64,000 nucleotides of DNA from NCBI GenBank assembly GCA_043758385.1, contig JAYVNP010000119.1, positions 151-64,150 of the forward strand, written 5' to 3'. Every line of letters begins with the position of its first letter. The first letter of the stretch is position 1. This stretch comes from Saprospiraceae bacterium (GTDB taxonomy: Bacteria; Bacteroidota; Bacteroidia; Chitinophagales; Saprospiraceae). Below the pieces are notes generated by a model. It was not told the DNA's origin, ran no database searches, and saw only the letters and a list, made by a program, of their open reading frames with translations. The position numbers and the translations under genes were made by a program. Positions 1-9,581 of this stretch are shown one piece after another.

Positions 1-1130
1 GCGTTAATGGTTGCTGTTTGAATGGCTTGTAACGGTGTGTAACCATAACGCACCATAAATTCAAAATCTTTTGATTGTGGTTCTTTCCAATCGTAACCAC
101 CAATATCAGTTCCGTAAGCGATTTTCACACCCGCTTTTTGCGCTTTCGCAAACAGTGCCGGTTCTGAATCGGCGAATAATTTATTGATGCTACTGCCCGC
201 TTTTGCGCGACCTTCGGCGACAAAATCGTTCACATAAATCGTCGGACACCAATAAATACCTTTTTGCACCATCAGTTTTATGCACTCATCATCCATACCA
301 AATCCGTGTTCTATACTGCTCGCACCCGCATTAATAGCTGCTAAAATTCCATCGCGCGTGACGGCGTGTGCTGCCATTTTTCTTCTGCTTTTAAGCGTTT
401 CATCGCCGATTGCCGTAATCTCTTCCGTCGTAAAATTCGGCGAACTGCGATAACTACCGTCGGGTAATTTGTAATAACTTCTGTCGGCATAAATTTTTAT
501 CCAATCGGCACCATGCGCAATTTGCGTTCTGACGGCACGGCGTGCTTCGTCAGCACCTGTAATTTCCTGCAAACCTTTGGGCATCATTAATTCCCAAGCA
601 TACGTTTGTTCACTGAGCGGATAATGCCCCGTTGTATTAATGGCGAGCGTAGAAACAAACATTCTCGGACCAATCATCTCGTTGTTTTTAATCGCTTTTT
701 TTAAATCCACGTCGGCATAACCTGCACCTTCAGTTCCTAAATCGCGAATAGTTGTAAAGCCGTTCATCAATGCTTGTTTGCAACTCCGCACCGCGCGAAT
801 AGTACGATAGGGTACCGATTCTTTTAAAACCTGCACATCGTAATCTTCCGCCGTGATGTCGCCTTGCAACAAAACGTGCGTGTGGCAATCAATTAAACCC
901 GGCAAAACGGTATAGTCCGAGAGGTCGATCGTCGTATCGGCTTTGTATTTAATCACGCGCGCATCAGCAACACTTTTTACCATGTTGTCTTCAATTAAAA
1001 TAACACGATTGAGGAGCATTTCACCTGTGCGCACATCTAAAAATTTTCCGCATTGGATAGCGGTGATGCGCTGTGCTTGGGTATTAAAAAATAAACCTAA
1101 AACAAAAAAAACGGCTAATAAATTTTTCAT
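1..1130 (-). CDS. Secreted amidohydrolase-family metallohydrolase; 3' end lies outside the window, so it is absent from the ORF track
   Basis: Own translation from ATG at 1130: MKNLLAVFFVLGLFFNTQAQ..LPGLIDCHTHVLLQGD..AAHAVTRDG..SIEHGFGMD. HxH metal motif and amidohydrolase layout; frame stays open to position 1. Confidence 0.8.
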   Translation of the reverse strand, partial: MKNLLAVFFVLGLFFNTQAQRITAIQCGKFLDVRTGEMLLNRVILIEDNMVKSVADARVIKYKADTTIDLSDYTVLPGLIDCHTHVLLQGDITAEDYDVQVLKESVPYRTIRAVRSCKQALMNGFTTIRDLGTEGAGYADVDLKKAIKNNEMIGPRMFVSTLAINTTGHYPLSEQTYAWELMMPKGLQEITGADEARRAVRTQIAHGADWIKIYADRSYYKLPDGSYRSSPNFTTEEITAIGDETLKSRRKMAAHAVTRDGILAAINAGASSIEHGFGMDDECIKLMVQKGIYWCPTIYVNDFVAEGRAKAGSSINKLFADSEPALFAKAQKAGVKIAYGTDIGGYDWKEPQSKDFEFMVRYGYTPLQAIQTATIN

Positions 1131-1411
1131 ACTTAATTTGATTTATGAAGAACAAATTTAGTAAATATTGTAGGATTAACCAAATAGAAATCTTAAAAAA
1201 TTATTTCACTATCATTTATTCGATGATTAAGAGGAGTAATAAATTATTATCATTTTTGCAATATGTTTGGTGCGAATAGCCCAACGCTAAACCCTGCTCT
1301 CACCACTTAGTTTGCAACGCGCCTTGTTACAGAAACTGAAAATTACCAGGGCATTATAGATGGTGCCAAACAAGTTGTGCAAAAGTGAAATATCGCGCCC
1401 ACAGCAAAACT

Positions 1412-1906
1412 TCAATCCAAATATACACTGCAAGCGCCATCTTCTGAAAATTTCACTAAAATATTTTCTTGAAGCGTTGTAGCCAAAGAAAGTCCCACAT
1501 AATCGGGTTGAATAGGATACGATTTGTGTTTGCGATCAACCAGAACGGCAACTTCAAATTTGGTATACGCCGCTTTTACAAACGGCGTGATGGCATAAAA
1601 TAAAGTTCTACCCGTATTGGTTACATCATCAACGATGATGACGTGACAGTTTGTGCTGTTTTCAAAATCAAAACTCGTCGAAATAGGGTTTTGCAACGGC
1701 GCTTGCGGACTAATTAGTAAATTTTCAAGTTGTGCATCAATAGTTAGACGCGATTGCCATTCATCGAAAAAAAGTTTGGCAATTTTAAAACCAGTGGCAT
1801 TTATACCGACAAAAACCATTTTTGGTGCAGAAAGATTGCGCTCACAAATCTGAATCGCGAGGCGTTTTAATTTTGTCCGAACTTGTTTTTCGTTGAGTAA
1901 AAGCAT
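1412..1906 (-). CDS. Phosphoribosyltransferase-family protein, PyrR-like
   Basis: PRPP-binding loop VIIVDDVTNTGRTL; about 160 aa, typical of PyrR/uracil PRTase-like proteins. Confidence 0.7.
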   Translation of the reverse strand: MLLLNEKQVRTKLKRLAIQICERNLSAPKMVFVGINATGFKIAKLFFDEWQSRLTIDAQLENLLISPQAPLQNPISTSFDFENSTNCHVIIVDDVTNTGRTLFYAITPFVKAAYTKFEVAVLVDRKHKSYPIQPDYVGLSLATTLQENILVKFSEDGACSVYLD

Positions 1907-1956
1907 AAATGAGTTATCAGTTGTTGTCAGTTGTCAGTTTTATCAATACTTGTTTT

Positions 1957-2721
1957 TTACCATTCACCAGTCACCACCGATTTATCGCCACTTACCATCG
2001 TTTTCTTTTTTTTATTTTTATGTAAACGCATATTCAATAGTTCTACGCCGAGCGAAAAAGCGATCGAAAAATATAAATAACCTTTAGAGAAGTGCTGATG
2101 AAATCCTTCGGCAATGAGCATAACGCCAATAAGAATTAAAAACGACAGTGCCAACATTTGCATCGTTGGATGCGTGTTTATAAATTTACTAATCGCCGCC
2201 GAAAATAACATCATAACAACTATTGAAAGCACAACTGCAACCATCATCACCCAAATAATTTTCGTCATGCCAATAGCAGTCAGAATGGAATCGAATGAAA
2301 AAACGATATTCACAATACAAATTTGACTGATAACTTGTACGAGCGACATTTTTTTCTTCGATTCTATTTCTTCTTCTTCGCCTTCGAGTTTGCTGTGAAT
2401 TTCGAGTGTACTCTTGTAAAGCAAAAAAATACCGCCACCAATGAGTATTAAATCTTTAAAACTGATAAGGATGGGTAAATCGAAAATGCCAAAGTCGGGC
2501 AGTTTAAAAAGTGGCTCTTCTAAAGAAAGAATAAAACGCACACCCAATAGCAACAATAGTCGAAAACACATTGCCAACAATAAACCGTAATTGCGCGCCT
2601 TTGCGCGTTGCGTGTGTTCTACTTGTTGCGCAACTATGGAGACAAAAATAATATTATCTACACCTAAAACAATTTCTAAAAATGTAAGCGTAATGAGGCT
2701 TATGAATATTTCTGTCGTCAT
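1957..2721 (-). CDS. TerC-family integral membrane protein
   Basis: Multi-TM protein with a VLGVDNIIFVSIV-type motif and an acidic central loop, as in TerC/YjbE. Confidence 0.8.
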   Translation of the reverse strand: MTTEIFISLITLTFLEIVLGVDNIIFVSIVAQQVEHTQRAKARNYGLLLAMCFRLLLLLGVRFILSLEEPLFKLPDFGIFDLPILISFKDLILIGGGIFLLYKSTLEIHSKLEGEEEEIESKKKMSLVQVISQICIVNIVFSFDSILTAIGMTKIIWVMMVAVVLSIVVMMLFSAAISKFINTHPTMQMLALSFLILIGVMLIAEGFHQHFSKGYLYFSIAFSLGVELLNMRLHKNKKKKTMVSGDKSVVTGEW

Positions 2722-2809
2722 CGGACACGATTAAACTGATTAAATGATTTTTTAGGCTTCGGTAAAATTAAAATAAATTTTGAATTTCAAAGAAAAGAAT
2801 CAGTGATTA

Positions 2810-5800
2810 TCAATTAATTTTTTTATTCTGTTCCGTCCTTTTAATCATTTTTTGTTTAACAATTTTCAATTTGTCGTTATTCTGCGCAATGATGTAGGCT
2901 ATTTCATTTTTTATTTTAATCGGTTTTATATCGCGACCAGCCGAGCGCAAATTTAAACCGCTTTGTGCGTAAGGCTCAAAAACAAATCCGCCTTTGCCAT
3001 CGCCGAGTAAAATGGTGCCGTAGTTTGCATCATATCGTCCCATTTCTGGTTTAGCTTCAAAAAAATTACCCACCAACATTAAATCTATATTCCCGTCGCC
3101 GTTAAAATCGGCAGCAGTGATGCCGTAAACGGGTGCAAATTGCGCCTGAATTGGTAAATTTTTTATTGTAAAATTCCCTTTGCCATCGTTAATCGCTACT
3201 GCAGATTGCAAAGTGTAGCACGTATTTTTAACGCTTTTATCTAATTCCACTTTTCCGATAACATTTTCGGGCGATTTACCCGCGTAGTCTCTCCAATGTA
3301 AATATTTTTTCTTGATGCTCGGCATTTGTGCCGCAATATCTTGTCGTAGAGCGCAGGGCAATTCTACATCGCCTTCGTACTGACAAATCATTTGTTCCGT
3401 CGAGCCGTTGTGATCGAAATCGCCAAAATACAAATGAATCGGATGCGTTGAATCGGCGTGAAAGCGCGAATTTAATCCCCAATTACCGAGAATTAAATCG
3501 GGCGCACCGTCGTTATTCACATCTGCAACTTCCATTGTTTGCCACCAACCGTTTGTCATCGGCATTTCGCGCTTTTCAAATTTACCGTTGTTGTTTATGA
3601 AAACGGTAATCGGCATATATTCACCTGTAATCACTAAATCCAAATCTTTGTCGCCATCTACATCTATCCATTGCGCAGATGTAATGATACCGATATCTTT
3701 CAGCTGTGGTGCTAAATCATTCGATTTATTATCAAATCCACCTTTTTGGTCATTCTGTAATAAATAACCGCTCACAGGTTTACCGTACGTTGTCGGATCG
3801 AAACGCATCCCACAGAATAAATCCATGTAACCATCATTATTAAAATCTGCCACTGCCACTGCGCCAGTTGCTAAATTATGTTTTTCAGCGAGTGCCGAAA
3901 ACGCGCGTTTAAAATTGCCTTTTCCGTCGTTAATATAAATCCTATCGTTAAACGTTCTACCATCCGAACCACCCGAACCGACAAACAAATCGAGATCGCC
4001 ATCGTGGTCGGCATCAAAGAAAACACATACTACATCTTCGGCTAAAGCGTCGAGTTCTAAAGCGGGTTGTTTAGTTTTTACAAATTTTCCATCTATTTGT
4101 AAAAAAATGGCGCCGGCTTGATTTTGCGCACCACAAACAAAAATGTCGTCCGTGCCGTCGCCGTTTAAATCACCTACGCAAACTTTCGGACCTAAAGTAG
4201 AATTCATGTGAAACAACAAACGGTCGTAATCGAAATCGGAAAAAATATTTTCGGTGTGTTTAAAATCTAAACCCGTTGAACTTGTTATGTCATCGAAATG
4301 AACATACAGCAATGCGCTTTGCGCTTCGCGCTTTGCGCTGCTATTCGAGGGCGGAAGCTCAGAACTGAAAGCTAATAGCGCATTGCTAAATTTTGGTGTT
4401 ATCGTTTTTGCATCCTGTTGTCGTAGACTTAAACACGTATCGGTTTTAACATTGCGCAGCGTAAGACGTTTACCATTTGTAAAATCGGCGGTGACGGAAT
4501 CGAGTAAGGTAATATTTCCTAAACCAAAGGTTAGTTTTAAATCCATAGAAGATTGAAAACCACGCATCGGCATTTGCTCTTGATAAAATATTTGTCCACC
4601 CGAGTAGCACGTCACTTGTGTGCCGAGCGCAAACGTATTTTTTGTATCGCTACTGAGTTTAATTTGGAGGAAATGGTTTTGTGGCATTTGTTGTCGGGCT
4701 TCGTTTCTGTAAACAAAGCACTCCATGTTAACATTATTGACGATGAGATCTAAATCGCCATCGCCGTCTAAATCGGCATACGCTGCACCGTTAGAAAAAC
4801 TCGGATCGCCTAAACCCCATGCTGCGGCAACGTCTTTAAATTGTAAGTTGCCTTCGTTGTGAAAACAAAAATTCGGTATTTTTTCACTCGGGATGGTATC
4901 AATCAGTTTTTTAAAATCAACACCTTTTTCTGTAATGATTGAGCGTTTTGTATCATCGTCGGCAATAAACTGAATGTAATCTTGATCGGTTAAATCTTTA
5001 GCAATGCCATTGGCGACAAAAATATCTTTTTTACCATCGTTATCAAAATCGGTTATCAAAGCACCCCAACTCCAATCGGTGGCACCCACGCCAGAAAGAA
5101 AAGCAATTTCTGAAAAACTGCCATTACCGTTATTGAGTTGCAAACAATTGTGCGTGAATTGCGGAAAGTATCCGTACGATTCGTTCAATTTTAATCTGTT
5201 CCAACTATCGAACGTCGTTTTAGTTTTCAATCGCCTATCACTCGAAGGCAACATTTCTGTATTGAAAATATCGGGATAACCGTCATTATTAATATCCGCT
5301 AAATCAGAACCCATAGATGCCGCACTCATGTGGTTGAGTTGCTCGGTAGCAACTTCTTTAAACTTTCCATTTTTCTGATTGATGTAGAGATAATCTTGCT
5401 CAAAAAAATCGTTGCAGACGTATAAATCATCCCAACCATCGCGGTTCACATCGCCCACAGTTACACCCAAACCAAACGCTTGCTCGCTGCCATAAATTCC
5501 TGCTTCTGCACTAATGTCTTTGAATTTACCGTTGTCGTTGCGCAAAAGTTTATGACCGCCTTTAGCATCGCGCGTGTTCCGAATATTGTTTTGTAGATTA
5601 AAACTACCAATCGGTTTATACGAATTGTTGAGCAAGTAGCAATCTAAATCACCATCGTGATCGTAATCGAAAAAAACAGCGTGCGTCGAATAGCCACCGT
5701 CCACTAAACCGTATTCTGCTGCGCGCTCCGTAAATGTTCCGTCGTGATTATTTATAAAAAGTTCGTTGCCCCGTTTATCGCCTTCAATTTCACCTGAATT

Positions 5801-6253
5801 ACAAACATAAATATCGAGCCAGCCATCGCCATTAATATCGGCTATCGTGCAACCGGTTGACCAAGCTTTTGTTCCGGCAACGCCCGCTTTTTCTGTTGCG
5901 TCTTCAAACTTCATATTGCCTTTATTAATGAACAATTTATTATGATTGAAGTTTGACGTCATATAGACATCGGGTAATCCGTCATTGTTTAAATCGCCGA
6001 TAGCTACGCCACCACCGTTATAAAAATTGCGGTATTTATAAATATTGAATTTAGAATCGAACTGCAAATCGTTCCTGAAATTGATACCACTTTCGGCGGA
6101 CGAAAGTTTTGTAAACAACGGATGCTGCGGCGTTTTAGCTATGGTTGTAGCATTTTTATTCTGGCATTCTGTCAAAAAAAGAATTGCTAAGAACGATACG
6201 CAAAGCGTTAGCATTAAAACTTTTTTATTTTTTATTTTAAAAGATAAGTGCAT
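2810..6253 (-). CDS. FG-GAP/VCBS-repeat protein with ASPIC/UnbV-like region (CRTAC1-family), lipoprotein-type signal
   Basis: Many DxNxDGxxD(L/I) FG-GAP/VCBS repeats across 1147 aa; N-terminal signal peptide with Cys. Confidence 0.8.
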   Translation of the reverse strand: MHLSFKIKNKKVLMLTLCVSFLAILFLTECQNKNATTIAKTPQHPLFTKLSSAESGINFRNDLQFDSKFNIYKYRNFYNGGGVAIGDLNNDGLPDVYMTSNFNHNKLFINKGNMKFEDATEKAGVAGTKAWSTGCTIADINGDGWLDIYVCNSGEIEGDKRGNELFINNHDGTFTERAAEYGLVDGGYSTHAVFFDYDHDGDLDCYLLNNSYKPIGSFNLQNNIRNTRDAKGGHKLLRNDNGKFKDISAEAGIYGSEQAFGLGVTVGDVNRDGWDDLYVCNDFFEQDYLYINQKNGKFKEVATEQLNHMSAASMGSDLADINNDGYPDIFNTEMLPSSDRRLKTKTTFDSWNRLKLNESYGYFPQFTHNCLQLNNGNGSFSEIAFLSGVGATDWSWGALITDFDNDGKKDIFVANGIAKDLTDQDYIQFIADDDTKRSIITEKGVDFKKLIDTIPSEKIPNFCFHNEGNLQFKDVAAAWGLGDPSFSNGAAYADLDGDGDLDLIVNNVNMECFVYRNEARQQMPQNHFLQIKLSSDTKNTFALGTQVTCYSGGQIFYQEQMPMRGFQSSMDLKLTFGLGNITLLDSVTADFTNGKRLTLRNVKTDTCLSLRQQDAKTITPKFSNALLAFSSELPPSNSSAKREAQSALLYVHFDDITSSTGLDFKHTENIFSDFDYDRLLFHMNSTLGPKVCVGDLNGDGTDDIFVCGAQNQAGAIFLQIDGKFVKTKQPALELDALAEDVVCVFFDADHDGDLDLFVGSGGSDGRTFNDRIYINDGKGNFKRAFSALAEKHNLATGAVAVADFNNDGYMDLFCGMRFDPTTYGKPVSGYLLQNDQKGGFDNKSNDLAPQLKDIGIITSAQWIDVDGDKDLDLVITGEYMPITVFINNNGKFEKREMPMTNGWWQTMEVADVNNDGAPDLILGNWGLNSRFHADSTHPIHLYFGDFDHNGSTEQMICQYEGDVELPCALRQDIAAQMPSIKKKYLHWRDYAGKSPENVIGKVELDKSVKNTCYTLQSAVAINDGKGNFTIKNLPIQAQFAPVYGITAADFNGDGNIDLMLVGNFFEAKPEMGRYDANYGTILLGDGKGGFVFEPYAQSGLNLRSAGRDIKPIKIKNEIAYIIAQNNDKLKIVKQKMIKRTEQNKKIN

Positions 6254-6271
6254 TTTTGAGTTGTAAGTTAT

Positions 6272-6306
6272 CAGTGGTTAAATAGCTCTGAGCTATTTAA
6301 CCACTG
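6272..6306. repeat. Perfect 17-bp palindrome overlapping the stop codon of the 6293..6877 gene, 18 nt before the next start
   Basis: cagtggttaaatagctc-t-gagctatttaaccactg read directly. Confidence 0.85.
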
Positions 6307-6877
6307 TTAGATCTGTAAATTTAGCTAAAACAAATTGATCGTCTTTTTTATTTACAGTAATTCTTCTATTCGCGTCAATATGTACGTAAATAGTATCTTT
6401 TCCTGGTTTAAAAACTGGAATAAACTTGCCATAATCGTGCGCTAAAAGTTTTAAAACTTGTGGCATTAAAACTTTTGAATGATATCGCTCTGCATACGGG
6501 AAAAAAGATTCATAAGTGTAATACACAGGCATTTCTGTAATGTGATATTGCGCGTCAAACACCGGATAAAAATACATATACACCTTCGCGTCAGTTAATG
6601 TTGAATCAATTTTACGCAAAACTTGTACATTTAAACCGGCACCACTACCGTCTTCCGTTACACCTGCTTGATTGAGTTTGCGGCATTTATCGAAAAAATC
6701 TTTTTTGCTGTCGCCAAACTTTAATCCTAAAAAAATAGAATCAACCCGAATATTGCGCGCTTGTTCGCGTTTTACCATTTGCGCATATTCCGAATCTTGG
6801 CAACTTGAAAAGCAAAAAGCAAAGGGCAAAAAGCAAAATACAAAACACTGAAAAGTTAATCTGAAAGATTTCAACAC
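6293..6877 (-). CDS. Hypothetical lipoprotein
   Basis: Signal peptide ending FSSC; no recognisable domain. Confidence 0.5.
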   Translation of the reverse strand: MLKSFRLTFQCFVFCFLPFAFCFSSCQDSEYAQMVKREQARNIRVDSIFLGLKFGDSKKDFFDKCRKLNQAGVTEDGSGAGLNVQVLRKIDSTLTDAKVYMYFYPVFDAQYHITEMPVYYTYESFFPYAERYHSKVLMPQVLKLLAHDYGKFIPVFKPGKDTIYVHIDANRRITVNKKDDQFVLAKFTDLTVVK

Positions 6878-6976
6878 AAAAAAAGAAATTTTACGTTATC
6901 AAATGAATACTACTAAAAACACAAGGTATAATGGAAGGTTTACATTAACGCGTAAAAATAGCGAAAGTAAAATTCA

Positions 6977-7543
6977 ATGAAAAAAATAAGGACATTAAAA
7001 AAATATTTCGGTCATAAACTGATGGTATTTAGTTTTGGTTTACTCCTCTTTTCATCGCTCAGTTGCAATAAAAAAATTGTGGGTTTCGATATGTATTACA
7101 AACGCACGTATAATATTCCGGTCGGAATAAATCCGTTTGTTTCTACGGTTTGGAATTCCGACTACATCACACCGGATACGACAACTTTTTTTTCGGTGAA
7201 TGCATCGAGTAGTGCCAAGGTTTTAAAAGTTATTCCGAAAAGTATGCAACTGAGTTCTATTTACCCGAGCGGAAGCACAACGCTCGATAATTTAACGCGC
7301 GTTGAAGTTACTATTTTCGATCCTGCACGACCTACAGTACCGGCGCAAACTATTTTTTACCGCGATAACGTGCCCGCCAATACTGCTTACACTTTAGATT
7401 TACTCCCGAATGCCGTGGATGTTAAAGATTTAGTGATTTACAGCAAAAAATTTATCATTTCCATTTCTATTCAAGTCGCGCAACCGCCGCCGCGCACCAT
7501 CGAAACGCAGTTCAGCGTTTACTTTACGGCGCAAACGGAATAA
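6977..7543 (+). CDS. Hypothetical lipoprotein
   Basis: Signal peptide ending SLSC; no recognisable domain. Confidence 0.5.
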   Translation: MKKIRTLKKYFGHKLMVFSFGLLLFSSLSCNKKIVGFDMYYKRTYNIPVGINPFVSTVWNSDYITPDTTTFFSVNASSSAKVLKVIPKSMQLSSIYPSGSTTLDNLTRVEVTIFDPARPTVPAQTIFYRDNVPANTAYTLDLLPNAVDVKDLVIYSKKFIISISIQVAQPPPRTIETQFSVYFTAQTE

Positions 7544-7549
7544 AAAAAT

Positions 7550-8725
7550 TTAGATTCGCTCAATAATCAGAGCACTTGCGCCACCGCCACCGTTGCAAAT
7601 TGCTGCTAAACCATATTTACCACCTTCGTTTTGTAAAACAGAAGTAAGCGTTACAATTATTCGCGCACCCGAACAACCCAGCGGATGACCGAGCGAAACA
7701 CCACCACCATACACATTCATTTTGTTTATATCGGCATTAAGAACTTTTGCGAATGCCAACGGAACAACGGCGAAAGCCTCATTTACTTCTATAAAATCTA
7801 TTTGATTAAGCGTTAACCCCGATTTTTTAAGCGCTTTTGGTGCTGCAATTGTTGGCGCAATAGTAAACCATTCTGGCGCAACTTCGCCATCGGCAAAACT
7901 GATAATGCGTGCAATTGGTTTTAAATTATGTTGCTTTACGGCTTCACCCGATGCTAAAATAATTGCCGCTGCACCGTCGTTCATTGTAGAAGCATTTGCA
8001 GCAGTGACTGTGCCTTTACTCGGAAAAGCCGATTTAAGTGTTGGAATTTTATCGAACATTACATTGCGAAATTCCTCATCTTCCGAAATAGTTACAACAC
8101 CTTTACGCGTTGCAATATCAATAGCAGAGATTTCATTTTTAAATTTGCCGTTTTCGGTAGCAGAAGCGGATCTTTTATAAGAATTAATGGCAAATTCATC
8201 TTGCGCTTCGCGCGAAATTTGATATTGCTCGGCGGTTTTATCGGCAAATTCACCCATCGCTTTATTGTCATACGGGTTAACTAAACCATCTCTGCTCAAA
8301 CCATCAATTAAAGCAGCATCGCCATATTTGTAACCAAACCGTGCTTTCGGAACATAAAACGGTGCTTGCGACATACTCTCAGTACCGCCCACAATTACAA
8401 TATCAGCATCGTTCATTAAAATACTTTGCGCGCCATACATTGTAGCTTTCATACCCGACGCACAAACTTTATTAACTGTTGTACAAATAGTAGATTCGCT
8501 CAAACCTGCTGCCAGCGCAATTTGTCGGGCAGGAGCTTGACCAACATTGGCAGAAACCACATTGCCAAAAATTAATTCTTCTATTAAATCTGGATTGAGA
8601 TTAATTTTTTGCAAAGCCGATTTGACAGCATGCGTTCCTAAATGAACTGCAGAGAGTTCAGCTAATTTGCCACCAAAACTTCCAATGGGTGTACGCGCCA
8701 CCGAAACAATGAAAACTTCTTTCAT
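7550..8725 (-). CDS. Acetyl-CoA C-acetyltransferase (thiolase II)
   Basis: VCASGMKA active-site Cys, NEAFA, and GHPLGCSGARI..CNGGGGA C-terminal motifs. ATG at 8725 (MKEVFIVS) is preferred over the TTG at 8743. Confidence 0.92.
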   Translation of the reverse strand: MKEVFIVSVARTPIGSFGGKLAELSAVHLGTHAVKSALQKINLNPDLIEELIFGNVVSANVGQAPARQIALAAGLSESTICTTVNKVCASGMKATMYGAQSILMNDADIVIVGGTESMSQAPFYVPKARFGYKYGDAALIDGLSRDGLVNPYDNKAMGEFADKTAEQYQISREAQDEFAINSYKRSASATENGKFKNEISAIDIATRKGVVTISEDEEFRNVMFDKIPTLKSAFPSKGTVTAANASTMNDGAAAIILASGEAVKQHNLKPIARIISFADGEVAPEWFTIAPTIAAPKALKKSGLTLNQIDFIEVNEAFAVVPLAFAKVLNADINKMNVYGGGVSLGHPLGCSGARIIVTLTSVLQNEGGKYGLAAICNGGGGASALIIERI

Positions 8726-8822
8726 TTTAATTAATTTTTGCAAAATTATAGGAGGGTAAGTAGAATTTAAAAATAAAAGGTTATTCAGTTCTGAATAACC
8801 TTTTTACTTCTTTCAAAATAAA

Positions 8823-9302
8823 TTAATAACCCATTCCTGGTCTGCCGCCCATGCCGCCGTTCATTCCACCACGACGACCGCCACCCATTGGCATAGGTCT
8901 TGGTCCACCGTTTTCGGCTTCGCGTTTCATTTTCTTAACTAATTTATCGAATTTAACTTTTTGTTCTGTGCTGAGCAAAGGTTTGATTTCATTATTTTTT
9001 GCCATCATTACGCCGTCTATTCTATTTCTAACAGTCGAAAAATCGCCTGCTGCTTTGGCTTCATCAAAAATTATTCTGAATTCGCCATTATATTTTAAAT
9101 TAATAGCGGCTACTTGCGTAGTTTGTTCGTCGGTTAAAGCCAATTCTTTTTTATAGCGTTGCGTTTCGCGGTCTGCCATTTCTTTAGGTGTTGGCATTTT
9201 AGGTGCAGCTTTATCATCGCCTCCTTGTTCTTCGGATTGTTGCGCACTAACAAAATTGATTGCGCCGAGTATAAACATCAGTAGAAAAAAAAATTTCTTC
9301 AT
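8823..9302 (-). CDS. Periplasmic Spy/CpxP-like (LTxxQ-type) protein with a Gly/Met/Arg-rich tail
   Basis: Signal peptide; LTDEQ and LSTEQ motifs; tail GGGRRGGMNGGMGGRPGMGY. Confidence 0.45.
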   Translation of the reverse strand: MKKFFFLLMFILGAINFVSAQQSEEQGGDDKAAPKMPTPKEMADRETQRYKKELALTDEQTTQVAAINLKYNGEFRIIFDEAKAAGDFSTVRNRIDGVMMAKNNEIKPLLSTEQKVKFDKLVKKMKREAENGGPRPMPMGGGRRGGMNGGMGGRPGMGY

Positions 9303-9492
9303 TTCAGATTTTTAATTGAATAAATAATACGCAAAATTAAGATAAATCTGCGGTTTCTAAATATTTTTACAAATTAATACCAGCTTTAACAGAAGTTTAA
9401 ATTTTGATACGGTGATAAATTTAATTTTAAAATAAAAAAATCATAATCTAATTGTAAGTACAGAAGATTGTTGACCTTATCTTCGTGCTATT

Positions 9493-9571
9493 TAGTTGTT
9501 GGTTATCAGTTATTGGTTGTTAGTTTACGAGAACGCTATAACCATAACTAACAACCAACAACCAACAACTA
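9493..9571 (+). promoter_or_regulatory. Long bipartite hairpin in the gpsA 5' leader
   Basis: tagttgttggtt (9493-9504) pairs with aaccaacaacta (9560-9571). ttggttgttagtt (9513-9525) pairs with aactaacaaccaa (9546-9558). It ends 10 nt before the ATG. Confidence 0.5.
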
Positions 9572-9581
9572 TCAAATTTTT

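Noticed and set aside
2810-6266. Short ORFs on either strand inside the 1147-aa gene (3276..3482, 3328..3600, 4553..4753, 5004..5279, 6045..6266). The same class occurs inside most other long genes.
   Set aside because: These are shadow ORFs inside confidently assigned genes, with no domain signal.
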